Part shown: piece by piece, positions 49,179 through 60,457 of the stretch
How positions within the stretch are numbered: position 1 is the stretch's first letter
Layout: each line of letters opens with the position of its first letter
Source: Azolla caroliniana
Lineage: Eukaryota > Plantae > Polypodiophyta
Assembly (NCBI GenBank): GCA_043228905.1
Contig: JBHGNT010000006.1
Span: 15,314,001 to 15,378,000, forward strand
Reading direction: 5' to 3'
Length of the DNA stretch: 64,000 bases
Made by a program: the position numbers and the translations under genes
The notes under the pieces: model-generated
The model's input: only the letters and a program-made list of their open reading frames with translations
Told to the model about the DNA's origin: nothing
Database searches by the model: none

Positions 49179-49520
49179 TGTTGAATATGGGTTTCTAATG
49201 GACATATTCACATTGTCTCCTTTGAACACACTAGACTTAAGCTATTTATGTAAATAGTGAGAAGGGCAGTTGCCCTAAGTTAGTCAGTATATAAACTGAC
49301 TTTGTAACCCAGTTACAGGGTGGTTGCTCATTTTGTAAAAAGTTGTAATAAACTTCATTGAACTCTAACTCTCTCTCTCTTGCAAACTAGTTGTCTTTTA
49401 CTTTCTGTCTTTGTTGCCATTAGAGCTATGATCTTGCATCCATTTATGATCTTATCCTAGAAGAGTGTTGATCTTGTTCCGCATTAAAAGACGGCGTTCC
49501 CAACATTTGGTATCAGAGCC
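49179..49520 (+). mobile_element. Orphan LTR (49179-49505) plus tRNA-iMet PBS (49508-49520)
   Basis: tgttg...caaca termini, tatataa, then tggtatcagagcc. No matching second LTR in the window. Confidence 0.8.
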
Positions 49521-51548
49521 TGGTTTTTTGTTTGATTTTTCTCCTGCCTTTTATGTAGTCTCCATCGACAACTCTCCTTTGTGTATCATGAAGATCTTAG
49601 CTGATCTGGACAGGCAACCTACAACAAGATTGTTTACGCAAAGAGAAACGTGACGAGGTCTGGAATCTACTGTTCTAGGTCACTCTTGGTTATGTGATCA
49701 TAGCCACTCGGAGTGAGACGTCTATCCTAACTAGGCCAAATCATTGCTTCACTCGACTAGGTGGAAATCGAATAGGTCATGTAACACTTTTCTCCTACTG
49801 TTTCATTCAATTGAATGACATTCGGGAGGACCAGTCGGATCCGTCCCACTCATTGTTGCAGTTAACTGAAACATGATTGGCCTGGAGTACTGCACATAAT
49901 CTGTGTTGGAAAATGTCGAAAATAAAAAAACGATATTCGTAATTGACACGACTTGTGTTCAACTTCAGCTGGAACAACATCAAGTGAGCCAAGCTGCTAC
50001 ACTCCACCACAATTCGTAGCTAACTCTGGACTAAGTCTATTATACATACCAACACAGATGGCTTCAACATCCGGCGCGTTAGAGATGAGTCTACGGAAGT
50101 TTGAAGGATCGAACTTCAACTTCTGGAAGGAGCATATGCAAGACTATCTAATAGTCAAAGGGCAAATTGACCCCATTGAGAATGAAGAACCTCCATAACG
50201 ATACAAGTCGCTTGAATGGGAAAAGCTCGATAGAATCATCCGAGCCACCATTCGGATGCACCTATCAGAGTCTGTGTACTTCACAGTGCAATCGTGTTCG
50301 ACTGCCTTCCAACTCTAGAAGACACTTTCGGACACTTACAAAAAGAAGGTCACCGCCACCAAGATATACCGGATTCAACGCCTTTATAACCTTTGGATGA
50401 AAGAGTCCAACTCGGTCTGGGCACATATTCCTTAGTTACGGTGATGATGAGTTTGACTACTAAGTGTGGGACTTGGTTGACAGGAAGGTTTTCCGGAGTC
50501 GAGACATGGTCTTCATGGAAGACAAGACCATTGTCGACTGGGAGTCAGAGAAGAAGGTAGCGGACTCCGAGACGACCGACAGAGATCGGTCGGAAGATGG
50601 AAGGACCCATCTGGCTGGAAACCAGATGACACTCAAAGAACTGACCAGAGTCGGCCAAGTAACCGAACCAACCGAAGAAGAAGATTTGGACACCGGAATT
50701 GGACAAGAGCCCAAATCGGATTTGGATAAAGAACTGATGGAGGAACCATTAGTCAGAAACCAAGGATGCAGATACCCTCTAAGAGAGAGAAGGCCCCCCC
50801 GGAGATTTCTGGATGCAGAGCATGTGTTGCTAACCGATGAGGGGGAGCCGGAAAGCTTCGAAGAAGCGAAGAAAGACACCCACACCCACAAGTGGTTAAC
50901 TGCCATGTAGAATGAGATGGATTCCTTGCATGAGAACCATACATATGAGCTAACGGAGCTACCAAAGGGAAAGAATGCGCTCCGGAACAAGTGGTGTACA
51001 AGCTGAAATTGGGAGACGCCGGAAATCCACTGAGATACAAAGCTCGAATCGTGGTGAAGGGGTTTCAATAGAAGAAACTGTTACCGGCCGGCAAGGAGTC
51101 CAAGTTACGGAGTGAAGGAATTAATTAGATATGGTTGTAAATGAGCATAGTGTGGACAGACGGATTGGAAACGGTATGTCGTTCCAGATCCGGACGGATC
51201 CCGAATAGGTGCGAGAGGCACCGTTTTGTACTACGGGCCGGAAACCTATTTAAAGGCCCGGACCCCATTGTAATGACAGCGGATAATTAATAGAGCTTAT
51301 GATGTTTATACTTCTGTCTTGATTTCCGTTCTGTAATTACTGTTATATCTTACGCGTGCAATTAACCAAAGCATTCTAATCGTGTAACTTACGTAAGTCG
51401 GTGTAATCGTTGAATCTTAATCCTATGCCGTAATCACCCTTTGGTGAAGTGTCTCCGTGACACCTTGTGTTAGGCCTTGTCCGGCTAGCGAATAACACAG
51501 TTTTGGCGACCACGATTCCTGCTTTCTCGCAGCGAACGACGGTAATGG

Positions 51549-54500
51549 ATGACTAGACCAACGCACGACTTGGTTACAGACCGAGCTCGACGCCTCGCCG
51601 AACGGCAAAGACGGCGTGAGACTTTCCAGCAAGCAGCGCAGGAAATTCGCTCGGATCGTTCGTTCTCCAACGAGATCCGGAGAGTCGCGGAGGAATCTCT
51701 CCGGTTACGGCAAACTCGCGACCAGGACGACGGAAGCAGTCTAAGTAGTCTCCGGGAAACCGAACGACTCCTGGAGGCGCTGGCAAGCGGAGAAAACGAG
51801 GCAGAAGCCTTTTCAGCCTACGAATCGGATTCCGAAGGGGGATACAGCGTGCACACGAACTACCGGAGCAGCAACGATACCCCCGGCGGCCCGGAAGACG
51901 ACGGGTCGGATACCGTGCCGACTCCAGAACCGGAACCGCTCAACCAGGGCTATCCGGAACCGCAAACGGAAGCCGTCAACCCACCAACACCGGAAGTGGA
52001 AGAAGCAAAGCCACCAACACCAACGAAAGAGCCGGCAAAGGTACCGGAAGAAGAGCCGGTGAAGGAACCGGAAAAAGAACCGGAAAAAGCACCGGAAGTG
52101 GAACCGGAGAGAAAACCGGAAAGATATCAACGAACGCCACTAAACCGCGGCCTAAGACTGGACGACGACATGCCGTTCCAATACTCAAAGTATCGCGATG
52201 ATCCGGACGCGGAAGCGCATGTTCATGACTTCGAGCAGACATGGGAAGCAAATCACACGTCCCAGCGAATGACACCGGAGGAAGAAGAACGCTCGAAGAT
52301 AGCGGAATTCGGAGTCACGTTGGAGGGACCAGCGACACGATGGCGGCGGACGCAGGACCCGACGACCATCACAACCTTTGCAGAATTAAAAGCAAAATTC
52401 TTGCATTTTTTCCACAAGGAGGTCGACCAGACGACAATGGTGGGCCTGTTTTATACGATCCGACAGGAGGCAGGGGAAAGCATTCCCCAATTCGTCATCC
52501 GTTTCCAACAAATGCATAGCCAGCTTGCCCGTGCACCCCCGGAGGAGGAATTACGGACGATATTTTTAAACGCACTCCGGGAACCATTACGCACGGTGTG
52601 TACGGTGATCGACTTTCGAGGATGCACCATCGACCAGGTCATTGACCGGGTCAGAGAAATGGAAAAGACAAGCTCATGGCTTACGCTGGGAACACTGCAA
52701 CGGGCATTACCCACCGAGGAAGATCTCCGGTTCCGGCAGGCAATTCAATGCACAATCTGCTTGAATGCCGGACACTCGGCAGTAGAGTGCACCATGCGCA
52801 CTCAGTGTGTGATTTGTCAATCCAAGAGTCATACAATGGACCGGTGCGAGTACAACCTGTTAAATCGACAAGCACCACCCGTCCGATGGATCGAGCCAAG
52901 AAGCAGCCGAGACGAAGATGACGATCGTTGGCAAAGAATGAATCGGTACCCACCGGCACAGGATGTCCGGTACGGAGACAGGCAAGAGAATGATGGCCGG
53001 TACGGGAATCGGCGTGATAACTACGACCGGTATGAGCGATCGGACCGTTATCGGGAGCCCAACAGACGACACGAGCAATACGACAGAGACCATTCCCCGG
53101 GTTACCGAAGGCACCAGGAGGACTACGGCCGATTTTACGATCTACCACGACCGGACTACCGAAATAAAAATAAGAATAATAAGAAACGTAATTTCAAGAA
53201 AGGTGGTCACACTAGGGACCTGGAACAGGGAACCCCAAGGAGCCAACCGGCACAGAACGCACCACTCACTACGGGACCGACTCCGGCCACCAGCAATGCT
53301 GAATCCAGCAATACCCGTAAAGAGTACTGCTACTACTGCAGGCAAGAAGGCCACTACAGTAACCAGTGCCCGGTAAAGAGCTACGAGAAACGACCAGCAG
53401 TTAATATGGTGGTTCCGGAAGTGGCGGATTTACAGCAAGTAACCACACGGTCGAAAGGCATGGCCAAAGAATGGGAAACACAAGAGGCCATACGAAAACA
53501 GGCGACGGAATGGGTGAAGGAAGCCAATGAAAGGAACGTCGCGGACGCGGAACGGCAAAAGGCGAATACCATAGGGAGTGCCGGCGGTAGCCACCCAGAA
53601 AACGAGACATGGCAAACACTACAAGAATGTCAGATCACGTTACCATTAGGAAGACTCTTGCAGCTCGTGCCGCGATTCACAGAAGGACTAAAAACGGTCA
53701 TGACAGACGGTATAGCCCCACCGGCACCAGTCCTCTTCTCGAATCCGGAGGAGGGACCGAAGGTGGTGGACACTAGTAGTCCGGCGATTACTGCTATTGT
53801 CAAAGGGCACGAACTTCCCGGCACCGTAATCGATGGAGGTTCCGGGGTGAACGTAATAAGCCTCCGTACGTGTGATGCCTTGGGTATACATGAATGGGAG
53901 CCATGCCCGTTCTGGCTACGGATGGCGGATACGAGCTCGGTACGGCCGACGGGCTTAATACGGAAATTGGAAGTCACCATAGGAGGTCACACATTTCACA
54001 TCTCGGCTGTAGTGCTGCAGCTACAGGCGCAAGGCGCGTACCCTCTGTTGCTGGGCAGACCATGGTTGAAAACAGCACACATCAAGCAAAATTGGCGAAA
54101 AAATATGATTACCTTCCGGCGCGGAAAAGCCAAGGTCCGGGTACCGACACAACCACGGACGAGCAACGGTAAGGAATGCACACCGCTGTATGCGGAATGT
54201 GTGAACATGCTTGAAGGATTGGCAGACGACGAAGAAGCCCAGTACTTGGAGGAACACCCGAAGATCGTACCACTCTTCGAGATTGACGTAGCTGAAGCCG
54301 TAGCCCCATACTTGCCGCAGCGGGACGACACCGAAGCCGAACCAGACAAAGATGCGATTCGGGAATTACGGCAAGCACAGGAAGCGTTGGAACGGGAAAT
54401 GGCCGTTTCCCAACGGGTAAAAGCATCCCAGCTCGACGAAATGAACCTAGGAAGCAAGGACGAATCAAAGCCGGTACACATCGCCAAAGAAATGAAGCCG

Positions 54501-57395
54501 GAAGATAAAGCGGCGATGATCAAACTTCTCACGGAGTTTCGCGACGTATTCGCCTGGTTATACGAAGACATGCGAGGGCTGGACCCTCAATTATATCAGC
54601 ATCAGATCCACTTAGGCAAGGACGCGAAACCAGTGGCGCAAAGACGATACCGAATGAACCCCAACTACGCCGCCAAAGTGAAGGAGGAAATCGACAAACT
54701 CCTAAGAGTGGGCTTCATCCGGCCGGTAAAGAAAGCGACGTGGCTGAGCCCCATCGTCGTCATCCCAAAGAAGAACGGTAAAATCCGTGTGTGTGTAGAT
54801 TACAGGAAACTAAATGCCGCCACAATTACGGATGCATTCCCTCTTCCGTTCACGGATGGAGTACTGGATGCCGTCGCCGGCCATGAAGTTTATAGCTTTT
54901 TAGACGGCTTCAGCGGATACAATCAAATCCGGATGCACCCCGACGACTAGTAGAAGACAGCGTTCGTCACCGAATGGGGGGTGTTTGTGGCCGAAGTCAT
55001 GATGTTCGGCCTAAAAACGGCACCAGCAACGTTCCAGCGAATCATCATGGAGATCTTCGGCGAATACATTCCTGCTTTCATGCAAGTTTTCCTGGATGAT
55101 TTTGCAGTCTATAGCCGGGGAAAAGACCATTTGCAGCACCTACGGTTATGCCTTGAAAAGTGTAGGTTATACCGGCTAAGCTTAAACCCAGCAAAATGCA
55201 TCTTTGGGGTTTCAAGTGGAATATTGCTGGGACACATTGTAAGTAAGGAGGGCATTGCGGTCGACCCGGACAAAGTAAACGCCATACTAGGGGCACCGGC
55301 GCCGAAAACGGCCAAAGCACTAAGCTGATTCTTAGGACAGATCCGGTGGCACAGCCGGATGCTCCGTCACTTGGCTGACTTGGCTACACCATTACACACA
55401 GCGGTACATCGGACACCGTTCCAATGGACGGATACGGAGGATAAGGCATACAATGCCCTGAAGGTACTTTTATCGCAAGCACCCGTCGTGCAGCCTCCGG
55501 ATTGGAGCAAGGAATTTCATGTGTTCGTGGACGCTTCCGACATCGCTATTGGCAGCGCCTTAATGCAACTTACGGAGCCTAAATGGTACCGGCCGGTATA
55601 TTACGCCAGCTGGAAGCTGTCCCAAGCGGAAAAGAACTATTCGACGACGGAACGGGAGGCCCTGGGCATGATCTACAGTGTCACAAAGTTTCGGCATTAC
55701 CTATTGGGAAGGAAGTTCTCCTTTCATGTGGATCACTCGGCGCTCCTGTACTTAGTGTCCAAGGCGTCCTTGACCGGTAAGTTGGCCCGTTGGACCTTGC
55801 TGTTGCAGGAGTTCGAATTCGAGATCTTCCACCGGCCCGGTATCCAGCATGCCGTAGCAGACTACCTGAGCCGGTTAGAGTCCGGAGAAGCAGGCGACGG
55901 AGTACCGGATGAATTCCCAGACGCAGAGTTATTCCGTATCACCCCGGAAACGGCAGCGGACGACACGGTGGCATCGGAAGATAGGTGGCTGACAAACATG
56001 CACCAGTTCCTAAGCACGGGCCTGCCACCAGAGGAAATGAACCGGGACGAGAGGAAACGACTGGCGGTGCAGAGCCGCAATTTCTGCCTGTTACGGGACA
56101 CTCTCTACCACAAGGGAGCAGATGGAATATGGAGACGGGCAGTCCGTAGTGACGAGATAGAAGTAATCTTACGGGAAGCACACTGTGGGGTTGCCGGAGG
56201 ACATTACGCCGGGGAAGCGACGGCAAGGAAAGTATGGCAGAGCGGCTTATGGTGGCCCACGACGTTAAAAGACGCCGTCAAGTATGCTAAGGAATGTGAC
56301 CTATGCCAACGAATGGGCCAGCCTACGGAGCAAGCACGGATGCCACACCAACCGGTACTTCCACTAGAGCCATTCCAGAAGTGGGGGTTGGATTTTGTCG
56401 AACCGTTCAAGCCACCGGCAATGAGAACGGGTAACCGTTATGTCATCGTGGCAACGGATTATTGCACTAAATGGGTGGAGGCTAAGGCCTTGAGAGACAA
56501 TACCGCGTCATCCACAGCAAAATTCCTGTACGAAAACATTTGGTGCCGATATGGATGTCCGATTGAATTAATCAGCGACCAAGGAGGGCACTTCCTCAGC
56601 CAGGTAGTGGAAAGCTTAACAACGTTCTATGCCGTGGTTCATAAACGGAGCACACCGTACTACCCACAAGCGAACGGGTTAGCAGAGTCCACCAACAAAA
56701 CGCTGCAGAACATTCTCCGCAAAATTGTCAATGAAAACCGGACGGACTGGGACACAAAGCTCCATAGCGCGCTATGGGCGTATAGAACGGCATACAAAAC
56801 AAGTATCCGGACAACGCCGTTCCGGTTAGCATTCGGCTTAGAAGCGGTCATGCCGGTGGAATTTCAGGTACCAAGCTTACGGATCCAACTACGGGAACGG
56901 CTGAATGAAAAGAAGTCGGAGGAAATGCGGCTAGCAGCACTATGCGAACTGGAGGAGCAACGGCTGGCCAGCATCCTACACCTGGAACTGGAGCAACGAC
57001 GACGGAAAGCGTTCGTTGACCGTCACCGGAAAGGTAATGAAAAGATGTTCGAAATCGGAAAGCCGGTTCTAGTATTCCAAACAAGGATGGGCAAGATGCC
57101 GGGTAAACTCCGGTTCAGATGGACAGGCCCGTATTGGCTGACACGGGAATACAACGGGTCCTATCAGATAGGGACACTTGCCGGTGAAGTACTAGGCAAG
57201 TGGGTGAACGGATTTCGACTAAAGCCCTATAAAGGACCGATGCCAAAGAACCCGTTTATGCAGCTCACCGGCACTATACCGGGAACGGTACGGATGGAAG
57301 AAAAAGACGACGGGGAACCAGTGGCAGAGGCGAAGGAAGACACGGCAACCCGTAAGGAAAACGGTAAGGGTCCGAAGGGACCTATGGATGTGTAA
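51549..57395 (+). CDS. pol: J single-frame gag-pol with two premature stops (54948 TAG, 55326 TGA)
   Basis: ORFs 51549-54950, 54981-55328 and 55359-57395 share one frame; three CCHC knuckles; VIDGGSGVN; FLDGFSGYNQI, FLDDF; VFVDASD; EPFQKWGLDF; FRWTGPY. Confidence 0.93.
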
Positions 57396-57408
57396 GATCA
57401 CATACCGT

Positions 57409-57409
<1 letters not shown>

Positions 57410-57440
<31 letters not shown>
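57410..57440 (+). repeat. Poly(A)31 tract between pol and the extra ORF
   Basis: Run of 31 A. Confidence 0.95.
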
Positions 57441-57442
<2 letters not shown>

Positions 57443-57586
57443 GAGGTATGAACGGGTGTAAAAGCAAGGCGCGAAAAGGTACGTAGTGGGCATTTAAGAG
57501 CCGCCACGTACTTAATACTAAATCGGTACACGACGTGCGCATGCTCGAAAAAAGGCGCCAAGACGCACAGAGAAAAAGAAGAGCGC

Positions 57587-60457
57587 ATGGAGACCTTCTT
57601 TTTTCGCGAGCCAAGAAGCACAGAAGCACCAAGGCAGTGGAAGCTGAGCAAACGCGAACCTGCACACAGAGAACCCCTGCGCTCAGAACGCTCTCTCTCT
57701 CGCTCTCACTCTCATCACCACTCTACTTCGCCATCTTCCCTCGACCTTGAAGCAGACATGGAACCACAAACGCTGTCGGAAGCGGCCAGGAAATGGTTCA
57801 GGCAACACGGACTGGAGGGGTTCTTGGCCATCATGGAGGCACCGCCGCACAGAGAAGCCGACCGGGTCATCAAGGAGCTCGCCACAGAGGTCATCACCGA
57901 GGAAGCGATCCGCGCACTAACAGGCCTTCCGGAGGGAGGAATCTTTCAGATCGATAACCCAACCTCGGAGCAACTCATCCGATATTTCGGTGAGTACTCT
58001 GTTGCCGGCAAAGGCTATCGGATGCAGGGCGGCGAAGATCCGCTATTCAGGGAGATAGCTCAAGTGCTCCATGAGTACGGTCACGTGTACCCCCGACCCC
58101 CTGTCATGCCAAAAAATCGGGCAGGGATGATCATAGCCACCTATGAAGGGATCAAGGTGGACTGGCCGGTGTTGATTGCAGACGGTTTGTGCACGGCAAT
58201 CGACATGGTACGAGGAAAGGACGGCAAGGAGGGCCGGAAGCTGTGGCACGCCGTAGCTCAATGGATAACATTGCTCGTGCCGCCGGTCGAGACCGTCCAG
58301 CCAAAGAAGCGGCCAAGAGTATCGGAAGGAAGCACCTCGAAGCCGGCGTCCAAACGACAACAGCTGCTGGCGTCGAAGGCGACGAAAGGGAAGAAACGGG
58401 TCCCAGAACCGGAGGAGGTGTCACCGGTTCGACCCGTCAAGATAACCATACGGAGACCGGGACAGAAGGAACCGGAACCCTTGACGGCACAGAAACATGT
58501 CGTGACACAGGAAGAGGAAACGGAGGATCCAGAAGAGCACCTCCAACGACGGTCAAGAAGTAGGACCGCCGAGACAGGAGGGGAGCGGTCGTACCCGCGA
58601 GAGGCAGAAACGCCCCCAACTCAACCTGAGCAAACCACAAGGGAGGAACCGGAACCGGTGCGTAGGGAACCGGTCTTGTCGACTTCTATAGAAGAAGTCA
58701 TTCCAACGGCTCCGGAGACGGCGAGAACCGGAACTCAACAGCCGGCGAGCCCAGCCAGAACACACGGCGGCCAAGGAGTAGAACCAGAACGGCATATGCA
58801 GGCACTCAGGCCAGACAATTCCACAGTGAATGAGCCGACCCGACCAGTACAGCAACAAGGCACCAGTAGCATGTGGCTACGGTGGGTTGGCGAGCAAATC
58901 GCTGGAGTGGTCGAGTACATAGAGGCGGAGGAGAGAGCGCACCAGGAACGGTTGCTCGTCACAACCGTAGATCTAGAGACGGCCCGGTCCAGAATCCGGA
59001 GCCTTGAACAAGACTTGGACAGGGTCACAAGGGAAATGGCTCAAGTGGCTTTGACAACACAAGTCCAAGCACCGGTGACTCCGGGCAATGTACAGAATAA
59101 AGCGGCAGATCAACCTGTACATAGCAATCAGACCCCGGCAACGGAAACCGTTCCGGAGAGAAATGCGGCACAAGCCCAAGAGCTTGCGGATTTAAAGGAT
59201 GAGCTAGCTGCCCAAGAAGCGCTGAGGAGCCGCGAAAGAGAATTGAAGACGGCAGCGGAGGCAGAACTCAAAAAGACTGCTGAGAATCTACGCCGGGCCG
59301 AGGAGAGCTTACGGAAAGGCCACCAAGCATACAACCGGCTCAAGGAGGAGAAGGAGAAAATGCTGCAAGAGAAGGAGAGGCTCCGGAGGAACGCCGAAAC
59401 AGAAGTAGAGCGCCTGAAAGAGGAACTCCGGCAGGTAAAGGACCAGGAGGACCGGAACCATCGCCAGATCAACGGCAAGCTCAAACAAAAAACGAAGGAA
59501 TTGGAGCAATTACACCGGGAGTATAAACGGTTGCAAACGGAGCACAAGGAACGGACGGATGAGCTCCGGCAAGCAGTTGATCGGACCGCAACCGCATTCG
59601 CCAAGGAACAAGCGGAAAACAGAAGACGGTTGGAAGAGGCGGAGAAGGTTCGGACAGAGCTCCTCAGGCAACAGCAGGTGGAAAAAGAAAGAGCGGCGGA
59701 GGTACTGCAGAGGCTGCAAACGACATATCAAGGGCAGCTGACGCGCTACAAAGAGCAGGCGGAGGATACGGCAAATCTCATCAAGCAGTTGAAGGAGGAG
59801 CGACAAGTGGTGGAAAGCAGAGCACAAATGGGAGCAAGTCGCATCCAGGATATCATGCGGGCCTGGTTGAACCAGACCAAGAGCTTGATTGACAACGGTT
59901 CCGTCAAATGGTGGACCAAGTGGGCCACGAACGCGGCGGAACTCCAATTGCTCCGGCCCGACGTAGAGAACCGGCGGAAGGAGGGAGATGATTGCTATAT
60001 GCTGAATTCTGAAGATTTCACCGGCATAAGAGATGAGCTGGCCGAAGACTTTCAAGCCTTGGCAGAGGACCAACTAGAGCAAGTCCGGCAACTTGTAGCT
60101 CAGCTGGACGACGACAGGCTGGAGGCGCAGATCCAGTTTGAAAGCTACGAGAGGTCCCGGATCCGGGGAGAGAAAGAACGAGAACCAGTTACGGTCAACC
60201 TCAGTGATGAGGAACCGTTACTGGAAGGAGACCGGACCGGAAGCAATCAAACGGAGATGCCGGAGCCAGAGAGACAAACGGAGCAGCCGGAGTCAGCGAA
60301 ACAAACGGAGCAGCAGCAGCAAGCAGAGCAGCCGGAGCAGCCTCAGTCCCAACCGCAACCACAGCAGCAGCAGCAAGCACAGCCGCAGCAACCACAACCG
60401 GAAGAACAAGTGGAAATTCTTGAACAAAGTATTTTGGACAATTTGGGTGAACAATGA
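57587..60457 (+). CDS. J extra 3' ORF (up to 956 aa; likely start 57758): small globular N-domain, disordered linker, long coiled coil, Q/P-rich tail
   Basis: Uninterrupted 2.87-kb ORF between pol and the 3' LTR; ITEEAIRALTGLP and KVDWPVLI motifs; ~350 aa E/K/R/Q heptad-rich region. Confidence 0.88.
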   Translation: METFFFREPRSTEAPRQWKLSKREPAHREPLRSERSLSRSHSHHHSTSPSSLDLEADMEPQTLSEAARKWFRQHGLEGFLAIMEAPPHREADRVIKELATEVITEEAIRALTGLPEGGIFQIDNPTSEQLIRYFGEYSVAGKGYRMQGGEDPLFREIAQVLHEYGHVYPRPPVMPKNRAGMIIATYEGIKVDWPVLIADGLCTAIDMVRGKDGKEGRKLWHAVAQWITLLVPPVETVQPKKRPRVSEGSTSKPASKRQQLLASKATKGKKRVPEPEEVSPVRPVKITIRRPGQKEPEPLTAQKHVVTQEEETEDPEEHLQRRSRSRTAETGGERSYPREAETPPTQPEQTTREEPEPVRREPVLSTSIEEVIPTAPETARTGTQQPASPARTHGGQGVEPERHMQALRPDNSTVNEPTRPVQQQGTSSMWLRWVGEQIAGVVEYIEAEERAHQERLLVTTVDLETARSRIRSLEQDLDRVTREMAQVALTTQVQAPVTPGNVQNKAADQPVHSNQTPATETVPERNAAQAQELADLKDELAAQEALRSRERELKTAAEAELKKTAENLRRAEESLRKGHQAYNRLKEEKEKMLQEKERLRRNAETEVERLKEELRQVKDQEDRNHRQINGKLKQKTKELEQLHREYKRLQTEHKERTDELRQAVDRTATAFAKEQAENRRRLEEAEKVRTELLRQQQVEKERAAEVLQRLQTTYQGQLTRYKEQAEDTANLIKQLKEERQVVESRAQMGASRIQDIMRAWLNQTKSLIDNGSVKWWTKWATNAAELQLLRPDVENRRKEGDDCYMLNSEDFTGIRDELAEDFQALAEDQLEQVRQLVAQLDDDRLEAQIQFESYERSRIRGEKEREPVTVNLSDEEPLLEGDRTGSNQTEMPEPERQTEQPESAKQTEQQQQAEQPEQPQSQPQPQQQQQAQPQQPQPEEQVEILEQSILDNLGEQ

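Noticed and set aside
57587-60457. Retroviral-type envelope gene
   Set aside because: No evident signal peptide, transmembrane helix or furin site; mostly charged coiled coil.
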